The notes beneath the pieces are model-generated. The model was not told the origin of the DNA. It ran no database searches and worked only from the letters and a program-made list of their open reading frames with translations. From Candidatus Ozemobacteraceae bacterium (GTDB lineage: Bacteria > Muiribacteriota > Ozemobacteria > Ozemobacterales > Ozemobacteraceae): a DNA stretch of 64,000 nucleotides. Below, one piece after another: positions 52,764 through 62,297 of this stretch. The first letter of the stretch is position 1. Each line of letters begins with the position of its first letter. Where the stretch lies: contig OZ223236.1 of NCBI GenBank assembly GCA_965140445.1, positions 3,200,001 through 3,264,000 on the forward strand, given 5' to 3'. A program made the translations under genes and the position numbers.

Positions 52764-52792
52764 TTGACCTTTTTCCTGACCCGATTTAGGAT
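52764..52792 (+). promoter_or_regulatory. Sigma-70-type promoter 8 nt upstream of ATG 52801
   Basis: TTGACC-17 nt-TAGGAT. Confidence 0.6.
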
Positions 52793-52800
52793 AAATGCCT

Positions 52801-53637
52801 ATGAAAACAGAACTTAGACAAATTTCCATTAAGGAATTAACAAACTTTTTTCCCGATTCTCTGGTTGAACAGGACTCTAACCTTGAAACCAGTTTAAATA
52901 AAGTATCTCTGGTTTCACCGCTAACTGTTTGCCAGAATCTAGTAATAGATGGTGAAAAGCGCTTGAATTATTTAAGAGCAAATAATTCTGCAGAAGTAAA
53001 CTGTTTATGTATTGAAGGAAATCCCGCAGAAATTCTTATAGAACTAAAGGAAGTAAAAAGCTTTCCAATGGAAAAGATAGCCTGGCTCTATCTTAAATTG
53101 GATGCTTCAGGCAAAGATAGACTTCTCGACAAAGCAGGAATTTCCCAGTCACCTCAAATGGCTTACATTATTAACCATATCGGAAATTTGATTACCAACA
53201 AAGAACTTTCAAAGCCAAGTGGAATACCAATAAATGTCTGGAGAGAACTTGGACATTTAGGCGAAAAAGTTGATCTATATTTAAAAGATTTAATTTCCAT
53301 GGAAGGAACAGTCTCGGAAAAGCGCATCATTGCCAACTTACTTAAAAGCTGCAAGCTGCGCGACAACCTTCCAGAAAAATTGCCAGAGGGCGATGCAAAA
53401 AAGAGTATTGCTTTCCTGGAATCCATGGCAAACCCACGTAAGACAGAGACTAACAAGAACCTTGAGGCTGTTTTATCTAGTTTGAACCTTCCAAAAGGGG
53501 TTAATCTTAAGTTGGACCCAACCCTTGAAAAGCCTGGTGTAGAAGTTTCCTTAAGATTAAAAAGGAATAAACTCTCTGTTTTAACTGATCTTCAAAGTGA
53601 GTTGGAAAAGCTGTTCGCCAAGGTGCCAGAGTTGTGA
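52801..53637 (+). CDS. ParB/Srx N-terminal-like domain protein
   Basis: LETSL..V.LVSPLTV...VIDGEKRL resembles the ParB arginine-patch region. Alternative start at 52795. Confidence 0.6.
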   Translation: MKTELRQISIKELTNFFPDSLVEQDSNLETSLNKVSLVSPLTVCQNLVIDGEKRLNYLRANNSAEVNCLCIEGNPAEILIELKEVKSFPMEKIAWLYLKLDASGKDRLLDKAGISQSPQMAYIINHIGNLITNKELSKPSGIPINVWRELGHLGEKVDLYLKDLISMEGTVSEKRIIANLLKSCKLRDNLPEKLPEGDAKKSIAFLESMANPRKTETNKNLEAVLSSLNLPKGVNLKLDPTLEKPGVEVSLRLKRNKLSVLTDLQSELEKLFAKVPEL

Positions 53638-54728
53638 AGAGACAATTTTTTGAAAACGTTTACATCTCACGTAGCAATATGGAAAACCCGATTTCTGTTG
53701 GAATAATGGCAGGGGTCGACTTTACTAATATTGTTTTTCATGAAGGCGAAAATCACCCGGGAAACGGCTTGTTGATAACTGAAAATAAGGGAACCTTTGT
53801 TAAGCCTTGCCCTGGACAAAAGGGGAGTGTTTGTTGCAATTATTGGGTCGTTGAATGGGGGATGGGTTGTCCTTTTAAGTGCGAATACTGCATTCTTCAA
53901 AACTACTCCTGCGCAGGGGACATGACTCTTTTTATTAATTGGGACAAGTGTTTTACTGAAGTTGAGGAATTGAGAAATAGAGTTAAGGGGCCGATTCGGC
54001 TTGGAACAGGACAATTTGGAGATCCTTTGGGTCTTGAACAAATTTTTCCATTAAACAGTGAGTTGATTAGATTAACCGAAAACTATTCGGATTTCTTACT
54101 TGAGTTGAAAACCAAAAGCGATTATGTGGAACCGGTTTTACAAGCTAATAGTGCTAAACATGTGGTTTTATCTTTTTCTTTAAATCCTCAAACCATTATC
54201 GATAAGCTCGAACACTTTACAGCGAGCCTTGAAAGCCGACTTATGGCTGCAAAAAAAGCCTGCCAGGAAAAAGGGTGTAAGTTGGCATTCCATTTTGATC
54301 CTATTATTCCTCACGATAACTGGCAGGAAAATTACACAGAAGTATTCAAAAAAATGGCAGAATTTGTTGGTGGTATGGAAGTAGTCTGGATTTCATTGGG
54401 AACATTTCGCTTTCCAAAGGGTTTTCAGGATTATGTAATCAAATTTCATCCCGACACAGAAATTTTTAAAGAAGAGTTTCATCCATCATTTGATGGTAAA
54501 GTTCGCTATTTCAGGCCTTATCGTGAAGACATTTACAGGTTTGCCAGGCAAGGGTTAAAAAAACATTTCCCGGAAACTCAAATTTACATGTGCATGGAAT
54601 CCAGCGATGTCTGGGAGAGAGTTCATGGCGAAGAGTTTTTTTCAAAGGATTTGCGCAACTTTCTGGACGAAAAGGTAAAATCGGATGGTTCTGTTAGTCA
54701 TGATTCCGATGAAAAGCCAGAGAAATAA
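53634..54728 (+). CDS. Spore photoproduct lyase-like radical SAM protein
   Basis: GCPFKCEYCILQ, RLGTGQFGD, ELKTKS, SFSLNP, TASL..RL.AA, FHFDPII, YMCMES. Confidence 0.88.
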   Translation: MKRQFFENVYISRSNMENPISVGIMAGVDFTNIVFHEGENHPGNGLLITENKGTFVKPCPGQKGSVCCNYWVVEWGMGCPFKCEYCILQNYSCAGDMTLFINWDKCFTEVEELRNRVKGPIRLGTGQFGDPLGLEQIFPLNSELIRLTENYSDFLLELKTKSDYVEPVLQANSAKHVVLSFSLNPQTIIDKLEHFTASLESRLMAAKKACQEKGCKLAFHFDPIIPHDNWQENYTEVFKKMAEFVGGMEVVWISLGTFRFPKGFQDYVIKFHPDTEIFKEEFHPSFDGKVRYFRPYREDIYRFARQGLKKHFPETQIYMCMESSDVWERVHGEEFFSKDLRNFLDEKVKSDGSVSHDSDEKPEK

Positions 54729-54730
54729 AA

Positions 54731-55321
54731 GTGAAACCTGTAATTCTGTGCCCTTATCCGGCTGAGTTAAAGGCCGTTATTCGATTTATTCCTAACCTGA
54801 AAAAACATTCTGCTTTCAGTTATGAATCCCCCGAAATTAAAGTATTAGGTCTGTGGGGGCTTGAACAGGCAAATCTTGCGCATCTTTTTGAAAATAGTTC
54901 AAGAGAAAATCCATATTTTTGCATTATTCTAGGAACAGCGGGAGCTCTTACCACGAATTTGCCTATAGGAGCGGTGTTTTGCGCCAAAGAGGTTCTTTCA
55001 GAAACCAGCGATGGTTTACATAACTTTTTTCCGATTCCAGGGTTTAACTGCGAAACCTTTTTAACAGTTGAAAACGAGAAAAAAACTCAGCAGGACAGAG
55101 AAGTCTGCTTCCAAAGATTTAAAACTCCATTAGTTGAGATGGAAGCCTTCAAAATAAAATCCGCTTTAGATGAAAAGGGGCTGACTTCTGGCAGGATTTC
55201 CATGGTTCGCATCATTTCTGACAATCCGGAATTTGTTTTTTCTCTTCCTTTCGACAACAATATTATCAACGGCTTTAAGCTAGCCACTCAAAAGATTCTG
55301 AATTATGTAAAGTCACTTTAA
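54731..55321 (+). CDS. Nucleoside phosphorylase/MTA-SAH nucleosidase-like protein
   Basis: GTAGAL...L.IG, VEMEA, VRIISD. Confidence 0.75.
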   Translation: MKPVILCPYPAELKAVIRFIPNLKKHSAFSYESPEIKVLGLWGLEQANLAHLFENSSRENPYFCIILGTAGALTTNLPIGAVFCAKEVLSETSDGLHNFFPIPGFNCETFLTVENEKKTQQDREVCFQRFKTPLVEMEAFKIKSALDEKGLTSGRISMVRIISDNPEFVFSLPFDNNIINGFKLATQKILNYVKSL

Positions 55322-55325
55322 GCAA

Positions 55326-56216
55326 CTATTTGAGTGTCTTAAAATAACTTTTCTTCTGTTTTGCTGTTTCCGGGAAGGGGCGATCGGGAATCTGGCGTAA
55401 AGCGGCGCTTTCATCGCAATTTCGACACCTTGAAAATCTTTTCATGTGGCTCTTAAGGATATCTATTTTTATTTTTGCCGCATCCATTAAAGATATTTCA
55501 TTTAAATCCGCAATTTGTGAGCTCCCATCTAAATCATGACAGCAATGAAGCAATTTGCCTTCCCAGGTTATGAAAGAGTGGGTTGCAAAAAGACCACATG
55601 AATCTATGTTTTTTCCTGATTCAGTATTGAAAAGTTGATAATCAAGATTACCACCGCGTGAATGACAATCAAATATTCGCGCATTAATTTCTTTTTCTTT
55701 CCAAAATTGAAGAAAAACATCCTTTGAAGATTTTTCAAAACTGGTATGAATTCCGCAGATTGTTATTCCGATTTTACTGCCTCGTTTTAAACAGAACTTG
55801 GCTAGAGCTTCAATAGCCATTGTCAATGATAATCCAGGATTCAATTTTTCATAGAGATCCGGGTCTATTGTGGGAAAAGAAATTTCTATAAAATCCGGCC
55901 TGCTTTCAATAAGAGTGTCAACCACCTCTGAACATAGGCTATTTACGTTAACAACAACTCCGATCTTTTCTTTGCCAAAATCCCGATAAAAACCTACTAT
56001 TTCTTTAAATTCAGGGTGTAGCAAAGGGTTCCCCATTCCACATAATGCAATTCTGGATGGAAAATCCGCTAATTGCCTCGCCAGCTTTTTGAAAACTTCT
56101 ATGTCCATAAAGCCTTTTGGCCTGCTAATTTTTTCTCTTGGACAAAATAAGCAGCTGTGTTGGCAATTATTGGTAAGCTCAATATCTACTGAGAAAAATG
56201 GCCATCGCTCATCCAT
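55326..56216 (-). CDS. Radical SAM protein with SPASM/twitch domain
   Basis: IELTNNCQHSCLFCP, GMGNPLLHP, C...ITWEG...CCHD...CRNC. Start placed at the ATGGATGA overlap with the upstream stop; the ORF track extends it to 56273. Confidence 0.88.
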   Translation of the reverse strand: MDERWPFFSVDIELTNNCQHSCLFCPREKISRPKGFMDIEVFKKLARQLADFPSRIALCGMGNPLLHPEFKEIVGFYRDFGKEKIGVVVNVNSLCSEVVDTLIESRPDFIEISFPTIDPDLYEKLNPGLSLTMAIEALAKFCLKRGSKIGITICGIHTSFEKSSKDVFLQFWKEKEINARIFDCHSRGGNLDYQLFNTESGKNIDSCGLFATHSFITWEGKLLHCCHDLDGSSQIADLNEISLMDAAKIKIDILKSHMKRFSRCRNCDESAALRQIPDRPFPETAKQKKSYFKTLK

Positions 56217-57306
56217 TGGTGGCATTTTTAACCGCCTCAAGCCATTTATAACCGTATTTCTGATCTGGCTCAAGGTAATGACCTTCAGACCATTCGTTCC
56301 AAGAAGAAATCATGACCATTGGTGATTTAAGCATGGACTCTTTGAGTGCAAAATTTACAGCTGATTTTAAAAATTTTTCGAAATTTTCAGGGCATGCACC
56401 AGTTATAACAGGAGACCAGGGGTATTTTGAGGGCCTTTCTTTACCGTAATCAACGGCCCGCGGATTAGCATCCCAACCTGGCGTCACTGATGGATAGTAG
56501 GGAAGTTCAGTGTTTTTTTGATATGTTGCCCATTGTTTAACCCGCAAACTGGACATTTCTGTAAAATCCTGTTCTTTGGGGCCCTTCCAATCTGGCAAAA
56601 ATACATAATGGGTAACACTATCAAACCCCATTTTTTTTAACAATGGCTGATGATCAGGAATTGGGTCTATTGCTGCCAAATGTAATTCCATGCCTTTTTT
56701 GGCCAGATTTGTTCTGGCTTTTTCAATAGCTAATCTGGCGTTTTCAACTCCAACCTGTTTAATGAAAAATGCAGTGTCAAAAATGCTTAAATAGTGTTTC
56801 CCTTCTATTTTCATGTAATTCTTATGGCAAAAATACTTTTCAGAAACAAATTCTATAAATTCCACAAAGTCGTTGGGATCAGTGAAAACCAGTCTTGAGG
56901 GGTCGATTAATTTTGCTTTCGGGCACTTTATAGGCATTACCTTTCTTGGCATTCTGTTCGCCCACATTAGAGCAAATTCAATGTTTTCCTTGTTTGCTGC
57001 TTTTAACAGGCCTTCCTCCAACGCCCCTTCAAGAAGGCGTTTTCCACGTGACCAATAATAAGCAAACACAAACGCATCAACTCCATATTCATTGGCGGTA
57101 GAGATTTTTTTTTCAAACACTTCAGGTTTCGCTTCATTTTCATAGCCCCAAACCGGAACCCGTGGCTGATATTGGCCATCAAAAGATGGTTTGCAGGCAG
57201 GGAGTAAATCCCACTCGCTCCAGCCTTTGGGAAATGATTGATCGCGAACTTTACAAGGATGCCAGCCGGGGTAATAATATGCAGCAATTTTTGGTTTTAC
57301 AGACAC
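56209..57306 (-). CDS. Glycoside hydrolase family 99-like (WbsX-type) protein, no signal peptide
   Basis: IAAYYYPGWH, GWSEW, P.WGY, YYW, FALMWAN, PGWD..PR, SWNEWSEGHYLEPD. Confidence 0.85.
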   Translation of the reverse strand: MSVKPKIAAYYYPGWHPCKVRDQSFPKGWSEWDLLPACKPSFDGQYQPRVPVWGYENEAKPEVFEKKISTANEYGVDAFVFAYYWSRGKRLLEGALEEGLLKAANKENIEFALMWANRMPRKVMPIKCPKAKLIDPSRLVFTDPNDFVEFIEFVSEKYFCHKNYMKIEGKHYLSIFDTAFFIKQVGVENARLAIEKARTNLAKKGMELHLAAIDPIPDHQPLLKKMGFDSVTHYVFLPDWKGPKEQDFTEMSSLRVKQWATYQKNTELPYYPSVTPGWDANPRAVDYGKERPSKYPWSPVITGACPENFEKFLKSAVNFALKESMLKSPMVMISSWNEWSEGHYLEPDQKYGYKWLEAVKNATNG

Positions 57307-58373
57307 TTTTTCAAAATCTCCAATCCAGCTTTAACCGTATCTAATCGGGCTTGAGCACCCATGTGACCAATTCTAAAAACCTTTCCAGCCAGTGGCCCGT
57401 AACTTCCAGCAACAGCTAAACCATTGGATCTTAGTTTTTGATCAAAATCCTGCCAGCTTATATTTACTGGCATCTTTACAGCAGTTACTGTAGGTGAGAA
57501 CCCTGAGCTATTGCTACAATAGAGTTCGAGTCCCATTTTTTCAATTTCGGCGCGGCAAAAGGCTGCAACTTCCTCATGCCTGGAAAAACAGCTTTCCAGC
57601 CCTTCCTCAAGAATTAAATCAGCGGCTTTATTAAGTGCAGCAACCCCTTGCCAATGCGGGGTATAAGGAAAGTAAAATGAGCTTTGAGCTTCTTTAAAGG
57701 GCATTAAAGCATCGTATCCTTGATAATTTACTTTTTCAATTTTTTCCCAGGCGAGCCCTGAAACCGAGGTAAATGTCATAGAAGCTGGCGCAGATAAAAC
57801 TTTTTGTGAACCCCCTAAAGTAATATCAATGTGGTTTTGATCGGCATCAATTGCGACTCCACCACTACTTGCAACAGAATCTACTATTAGCAAAGGATTT
57901 CCATAAAGGGATTTTAATCGACCGATTTCAGAAAGGGGATTCAGGGTTCCCGAAGGGGTTTCGCAGTTAACCACTGTAATGGCATCAGGAGCAAAATTCT
58001 TTAATTTTTCTTCCGTGAGATTGAAATCTGAAATTATTTCGTTATAAGGAAGTTCAATCCTTTCAACCTGCATACCAAGATTTTCTGCCATGGAGGCAAT
58101 TCCATAGCCAAATACTCCCGAGCAAATTGCCAAAACTTTATCACCTTTTTTAAGGCAACTGTTAAGAGCTCCCCACAAGCCAAGCATGCCTTCACCTGTC
58201 TGGATCACCACTGATGATGTAGTGCCCAGAATCTTTCCGAGTTTCTTTTCTGTTTCATTATAGAGAGCAAGAAAATCTCTATTTAGGTCTGGAGACCCAA
58301 AATCCTTTGAATATTCTTTTAAAATTTCATCAGGAACAGAAACCGGACCGGGAATTAAAGAAATATGCTGCAT
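57297..58373 (-). CDS. Class V PLP aminotransferase (alanine-glyoxylate/serine-pyruvate family)
   Basis: IPGPV, ETPSGTLNPL, VDSVAS, GSQK, FRIGHMG. Confidence 0.92.
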   Translation of the reverse strand: MQHISLIPGPVSVPDEILKEYSKDFGSPDLNRDFLALYNETEKKLGKILGTTSSVVIQTGEGMLGLWGALNSCLKKGDKVLAICSGVFGYGIASMAENLGMQVERIELPYNEIISDFNLTEEKLKNFAPDAITVVNCETPSGTLNPLSEIGRLKSLYGNPLLIVDSVASSGGVAIDADQNHIDITLGGSQKVLSAPASMTFTSVSGLAWEKIEKVNYQGYDALMPFKEAQSSFYFPYTPHWQGVAALNKAADLILEEGLESCFSRHEEVAAFCRAEIEKMGLELYCSNSSGFSPTVTAVKMPVNISWQDFDQKLRSNGLAVAGSYGPLAGKVFRIGHMGAQARLDTVKAGLEILKKCL

Positions 58374-58483
58374 TTTTAGCTCCACAATTTTTGTTGCAAT
58401 GATACTACGAAAGCATTATTTTACAAAACCGAAGATTAAACGCATCTGAAGATATTCTTAAAAAAAAAACAGGAACTTCTCGA

Positions 58484-59389
58484 ATGAAAAAGGTTGTTGT
58501 CGTAGGAAATGCCGGAATAGATACAAATATTTATCTTTATGGTCATGAGATAGACTTTAGCGTTGAAGGAAACTTTAGTCAGAACATTGATTATGTTGGG
58601 CAGGCCGGTGGTTATACTTCAAAAGGATATGCAAGATTAGGCCTTAAAACCAGTTTCATTGGCTATATAGGTGAGGATTTCGCCGGGAAGCAGATAGAAC
58701 AAGAGTTCACTCAACATAAAATTGACGTTTCAGGAGTTCTTATTGATTCCACAGGCACAGCTCGCAGCATAAATTTCATGTATCCCGATGGCCGACGGAA
58801 AAACTTCTACGATGGTAAGGATCACATGAACCTAAATTACCCTCTTGAAATGGCAAAACAAATTTTTGCCGGGGCTGATTTGATTCATTTTCATATCCCG
58901 AATTGGGCCAGAAGTTTGTTGCCCATAGCAAAAGAATCGGGAGCAATTGTTGCCACAGATATACAGGATCTGATTTTCGTTGATGATCCTTACCGCGAAG
59001 ATTTTATTAAACATTCGGATTACATATTCTTTTCAGCGGCTAATTCAAAGAATGCCAAAACAATAATGGATCAACTTCTTCAAAAAAATAGAAAGTTAAA
59101 AATTATTGCGGGAAAGGGCAAACAAGGCTGTGCGTTCCTTTCTGAGTCGGAATTTCTGGAGTTGCCTTCTATTGAGCTTGAAAATCCTGTAATAGACACA
59201 AATGGGGCAGGGGATTCTCTGGCTGTGGGCTTTCTTTATTCTAATGTCTTAAAAGGCAACAGCGTTCAGAGCTCTCTTTTGTCGGGACAAATTGCAGCCA
59301 GACATTGTTGTACACTTAAAGCTGATTCTGATGGGCTTATAGATAGAAAAACTCTGGAAATTTACTCAAAGAAACTTTCCTTTGAATAG
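58484..59389 (+). CDS. PfkB family carbohydrate kinase
   Basis: IGYIGEDFAG; VIDTNGAGDS PfkB signature. Confidence 0.92.
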   Translation: MKKVVVVGNAGIDTNIYLYGHEIDFSVEGNFSQNIDYVGQAGGYTSKGYARLGLKTSFIGYIGEDFAGKQIEQEFTQHKIDVSGVLIDSTGTARSINFMYPDGRRKNFYDGKDHMNLNYPLEMAKQIFAGADLIHFHIPNWARSLLPIAKESGAIVATDIQDLIFVDDPYREDFIKHSDYIFFSAANSKNAKTIMDQLLQKNRKLKIIAGKGKQGCAFLSESEFLELPSIELENPVIDTNGAGDSLAVGFLYSNVLKGNSVQSSLLSGQIAARHCCTLKADSDGLIDRKTLEIYSKKLSFE

Positions 59390-59460
59390 GCCATTTATAA
59401 ATTGAATGGTTTCTAATTTTCTGCTATTCTTCATCAACAAATAAAAACAGGGTAATTTTC

Positions 59461-60207
59461 TTGACAAAACCTCTTAGATACATTAAGATGATCGTTGCCT
59501 ATGACGGGAGCGCATTCGCGGGCTTTCAATATCAGCCGAAACAATATACTGTTCAGGGTGAGATCGAAAGAGCTGTAAAGCTGATAACACGAACGCATCA
59601 TAGATTGCATGGGTCAGGAAGAACAGATGCAGGGGTACATGCTGTAGAGCAGGTAACACTCATCAGGACAGAATGTCCTATACCTGTTGAAAAATTAATA
59701 ATCGGATTAAACGGTGCCTTGCCAGGATCTGTAAGGATTCGCGGGGCAGAAGAAGTAGATGAAAGCTTTCACCCGAGGTTTTCAGCTAAGTCCAAACACT
59801 ACCGATATTTGTTCAGGTTGTGTGATGAAAAGTGGCCTTTCCTGGAAAGGTATTTTTATCAAATAAATCGACCATTAGATATCGAAAAAATGCAGGCAGC
59901 AGCTGAATTATTCAAAGGTGAGCATGATTTTGCATCTTTTGCTAAGTCCCCAGATCGATATCGAGTCACTGTTAGAAGAATTCTTGAATCAAAAGTTACT
60001 GTTTCAGATAAAGTAATCTCGTTTGATGTTGTAGGAACTGGTTTCCTGCACAACATGGTCAGGAATATGGCTAGAGTTTTATATTTAATTGGCACGGATC
60101 AGATGGTTGAAGAAGAAATTTTTGAACTGTACCGTAATCGGAATAGAAGAAAACTTGGTGCACCTGCGCCACCAAGTGGCTTGTATCTGATGAAGGTCAT
60201 GTATTAA
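59461..60207 (+). CDS. truA: tRNA pseudouridine(38-40) synthase TruA
   Basis: YDGS.F.GFQ, SGRTDAGVHA, FHPRF, GFLHNMVR, GLYL. Confidence 0.97.
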   Translation: MTKPLRYIKMIVAYDGSAFAGFQYQPKQYTVQGEIERAVKLITRTHHRLHGSGRTDAGVHAVEQVTLIRTECPIPVEKLIIGLNGALPGSVRIRGAEEVDESFHPRFSAKSKHYRYLFRLCDEKWPFLERYFYQINRPLDIEKMQAAAELFKGEHDFASFAKSPDRYRVTVRRILESKVTVSDKVISFDVVGTGFLHNMVRNMARVLYLIGTDQMVEEEIFELYRNRNRRKLGAPAPPSGLYLMKVMY

Positions 60208-60227
60208 CCGAAAAGGAGGACGAATCG

Positions 60228-60662
60228 GTGAAGACGTTCCAACCAAAGAAAAGTGATTTTCAACGTGAATGGGTCGTTGTAGACGCCAAGGATATTTCTC
60301 TTGGTAGATTGGCTTCTCAAGTAGCTGCAAGGCTTAGAGGGAAGCATCGCCCATTTTTTGCCCCACATCTTGATTGTGGTGACTTCGTAATTATTATCAA
60401 TGCTGATCAAATCAGACTTTCAGGTAATAAAGAAGCTGACAAAAGACATTTCTGGCATACTGGTTATCCAGGAGGAATCAAGTCAGTTACTTATGGTGAA
60501 CTGAAAGAAAACAAACCAGAAAAAATGGTTTGGCTTGCAGTAAAAAGAATGCTTCCACGCAATAAGCTTAGAAAAAGATTCCTTCACAAGCTTAAAGTTT
60601 TTGCTGGCGCTGAACATCCACATTCTGCTCAGAAGCCAACATTAATCACACTGACTAAGTAA
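60228..60662 (+). CDS. rplM: 50S ribosomal protein L13
   Basis: [44 protein letters not shown]. Confidence 0.99.
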   Translation: MKTFQPKKSDFQREWVVVDAKDISLGRLASQVAARLRGKHRPFFAPHLDCGDFVIIINADQIRLSGNKEADKRHFWHTGYPGGIKSVTYGELKENKPEKMVWLAVKRMLPRNKLRKRFLHKLKVFAGAEHPHSAQKPTLITLTK

Positions 60663-60679
60663 GAAAGGAGGAATTTAAA

Positions 60680-61072
60680 ATGGCAGATTCTTATATTTGG
60701 GGAACCGGTAGAAGAAAAGCAGCTACTGCTCGTGTTCGCATTCGCAGAGGCGAAGGCTTGATCCTAATTAATAAAAGACCTTTTGAGGAATATTTTCCAA
60801 TTCCTCTTACCAGAAAGATCATTGTGCAGCCTTTGACTGCAACTGAAACTTTTGGAAAATTCGACATTCACGCCAATATCAAAGGCGGAGGAAGCACTGG
60901 CCAGGCTGGCGCTCTTCGTCATGGTCTTGCAAGAGCTCTCGTAAAATTCAACGAAGAATTCCGCGGAGCACTTAAAAAGAATGGCTATCTCACTAGAGAT
61001 CCAAGAGAAAAAGAAAGAAAGAAATACGGTCTTAAGAAAGCAAGAAAAAGATCACAGTTCTCAAAACGTTAA
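60680..61072 (+). CDS. rpsI: 30S ribosomal protein S9
   Basis: GTGRRK, GGG.TGQAGA.RHG, LTRDPR..ERKKYG, QFSKR. Confidence 0.99.
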   Translation: MADSYIWGTGRRKAATARVRIRRGEGLILINKRPFEEYFPIPLTRKIIVQPLTATETFGKFDIHANIKGGGSTGQAGALRHGLARALVKFNEEFRGALKKNGYLTRDPREKERKKYGLKKARKRSQFSKR

Positions 61073-61083
61073 TGTTTATAAGA

Positions 61084-61113
61084 ATATCCCCCTTTTGGGG
61101 GATGTTTTTTTTT
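61084..61113 (+). terminator. Intrinsic terminator after rpsI
   Basis: ATATCCCCC-tttt-GGGGGATGT followed by a long T run. Confidence 0.9.
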
Positions 61114-61171
61114 AGCAACTTAGCGCCGAATATGGTAAAAATATAGATAAACTAATTCAAGGAATGATCGA

Positions 61172-61564
61172 ATGACAGAAATCGAGTTAATTAACATTGC
61201 AAGAGAAGCAAGTAAAAAAGCATATACACCATATTCTAACTTTAATGTGGGAGCTGCTCTTGAACTAAAATCAGGTGAAGTAATTCAGGGCTGTAATGTT
61301 GAAAATGCAAGCTATGGCCTGACTAATTGTGCTGAAAGAACTGCTCTTTTCACGGCTATCGCAGCCGGTAAAAAAGAATTCACCAGACTTGTAGTATTTG
61401 TTGACCGTGAAGAATTCACCGCTCCATGTGGGGCATGCAGGCAGGTAATATTAGAGTTAGCACCAGATGTGGAAATCATTTTGGCTAACAGTAAAAATGA
61501 AACCAGAAAAACTTCAATTAAAGAATTGCTTCCATTGAGTTTTGGCTCAGAAGATTTGAAATGA
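61172..61564 (+). CDS. cdd: Cytidine deaminase
   Basis: PYSNFNVGAA, NVENASY, CAERTA, PCGACRQ. Confidence 0.96.
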   Translation: MTEIELINIAREASKKAYTPYSNFNVGAALELKSGEVIQGCNVENASYGLTNCAERTALFTAIAAGKKEFTRLVVFVDREEFTAPCGACRQVILELAPDVEIILANSKNETRKTSIKELLPLSFGSEDLK

Positions 61565-61809
61565 ATAAACCTCAAGGCTCAGTACCCAACAAATTTTTGC
61601 AGAACCCAAAGACTCAGTTGATATTATTTCTTCTGGCTTTGGCTTATATTGTTTCTCCTATTGATTTTATTCCAGATGCAATTGTTGGGTTGGGCTGGGT
61701 TGATGATTTAACAGTTTTTCTTGCCGAGATAGTATCATTTCTGATTTACTTAAAAAATCGCAAAAAACAGTTTGAAAACGAAGCAAAAAATAGAACAGGT
61801 GAAGAATAG
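61561..61809 (+). CDS. DUF1232 (YkvA-like) small membrane protein
   Basis: YIVSPIDFIPD.I.GLGWVDD. Confidence 0.88.
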   Translation: MNKPQGSVPNKFLQNPKTQLILFLLALAYIVSPIDFIPDAIVGLGWVDDLTVFLAEIVSFLIYLKNRKKQFENEAKNRTGEE

Positions 61810-62292
61810 ATGGCCGTTAAGAAACCAACAATCAGACATGAGATTCAAGTCGTAGGATTTTATCTTGGAGAAGATGAATACGCCCTGAATATTAACTGCG
61901 TAAGAGAGATTCAGGCTATGACGGACATACGTAAAGTCCCAAAAGCCCCTCAATTCGTAGAGGGAGTAATCAATCTGCGTGGTCATATTGTTCCAATTAT
62001 TGATTTACGAAAAAGATTCGATCTTGCTTCAAGTCTTAGCAAAGCCAGCGATAAAATTTTGATTGTTGAACTTGATAAAAACCTGGTTGGAATGATTGTT
62101 GATAACGTTTCTGAGGTTATGAGATTTTATACTGATGAAATAGAGAAAACCCCACCGATGTTTTCTGCAAACATTGATTCACAATATATTCAAGGTGTTG
62201 CAAAAATGGATGAGAAATTAATCATTCTTTTAAACGTTGTCAGACTTCTTTCTTTTGAGGAGCAAAGCGTTTTGAAAGGCTTTAAGTCTTAG
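61810..62292 (+). CDS. cheW: Chemotaxis adaptor CheW
   Basis: F.LG.DEYA, VPKAP.FVEGVINLRG.IVPIIDLRKRF, GMIVD.VSEV. Confidence 0.95.
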   Translation: MAVKKPTIRHEIQVVGFYLGEDEYALNINCVREIQAMTDIRKVPKAPQFVEGVINLRGHIVPIIDLRKRFDLASSLSKASDKILIVELDKNLVGMIVDNVSEVMRFYTDEIEKTPPMFSANIDSQYIQGVAKMDEKLIILLNVVRLLSFEEQSVLKGFKS

Positions 62293-62297
62293 AGGCA

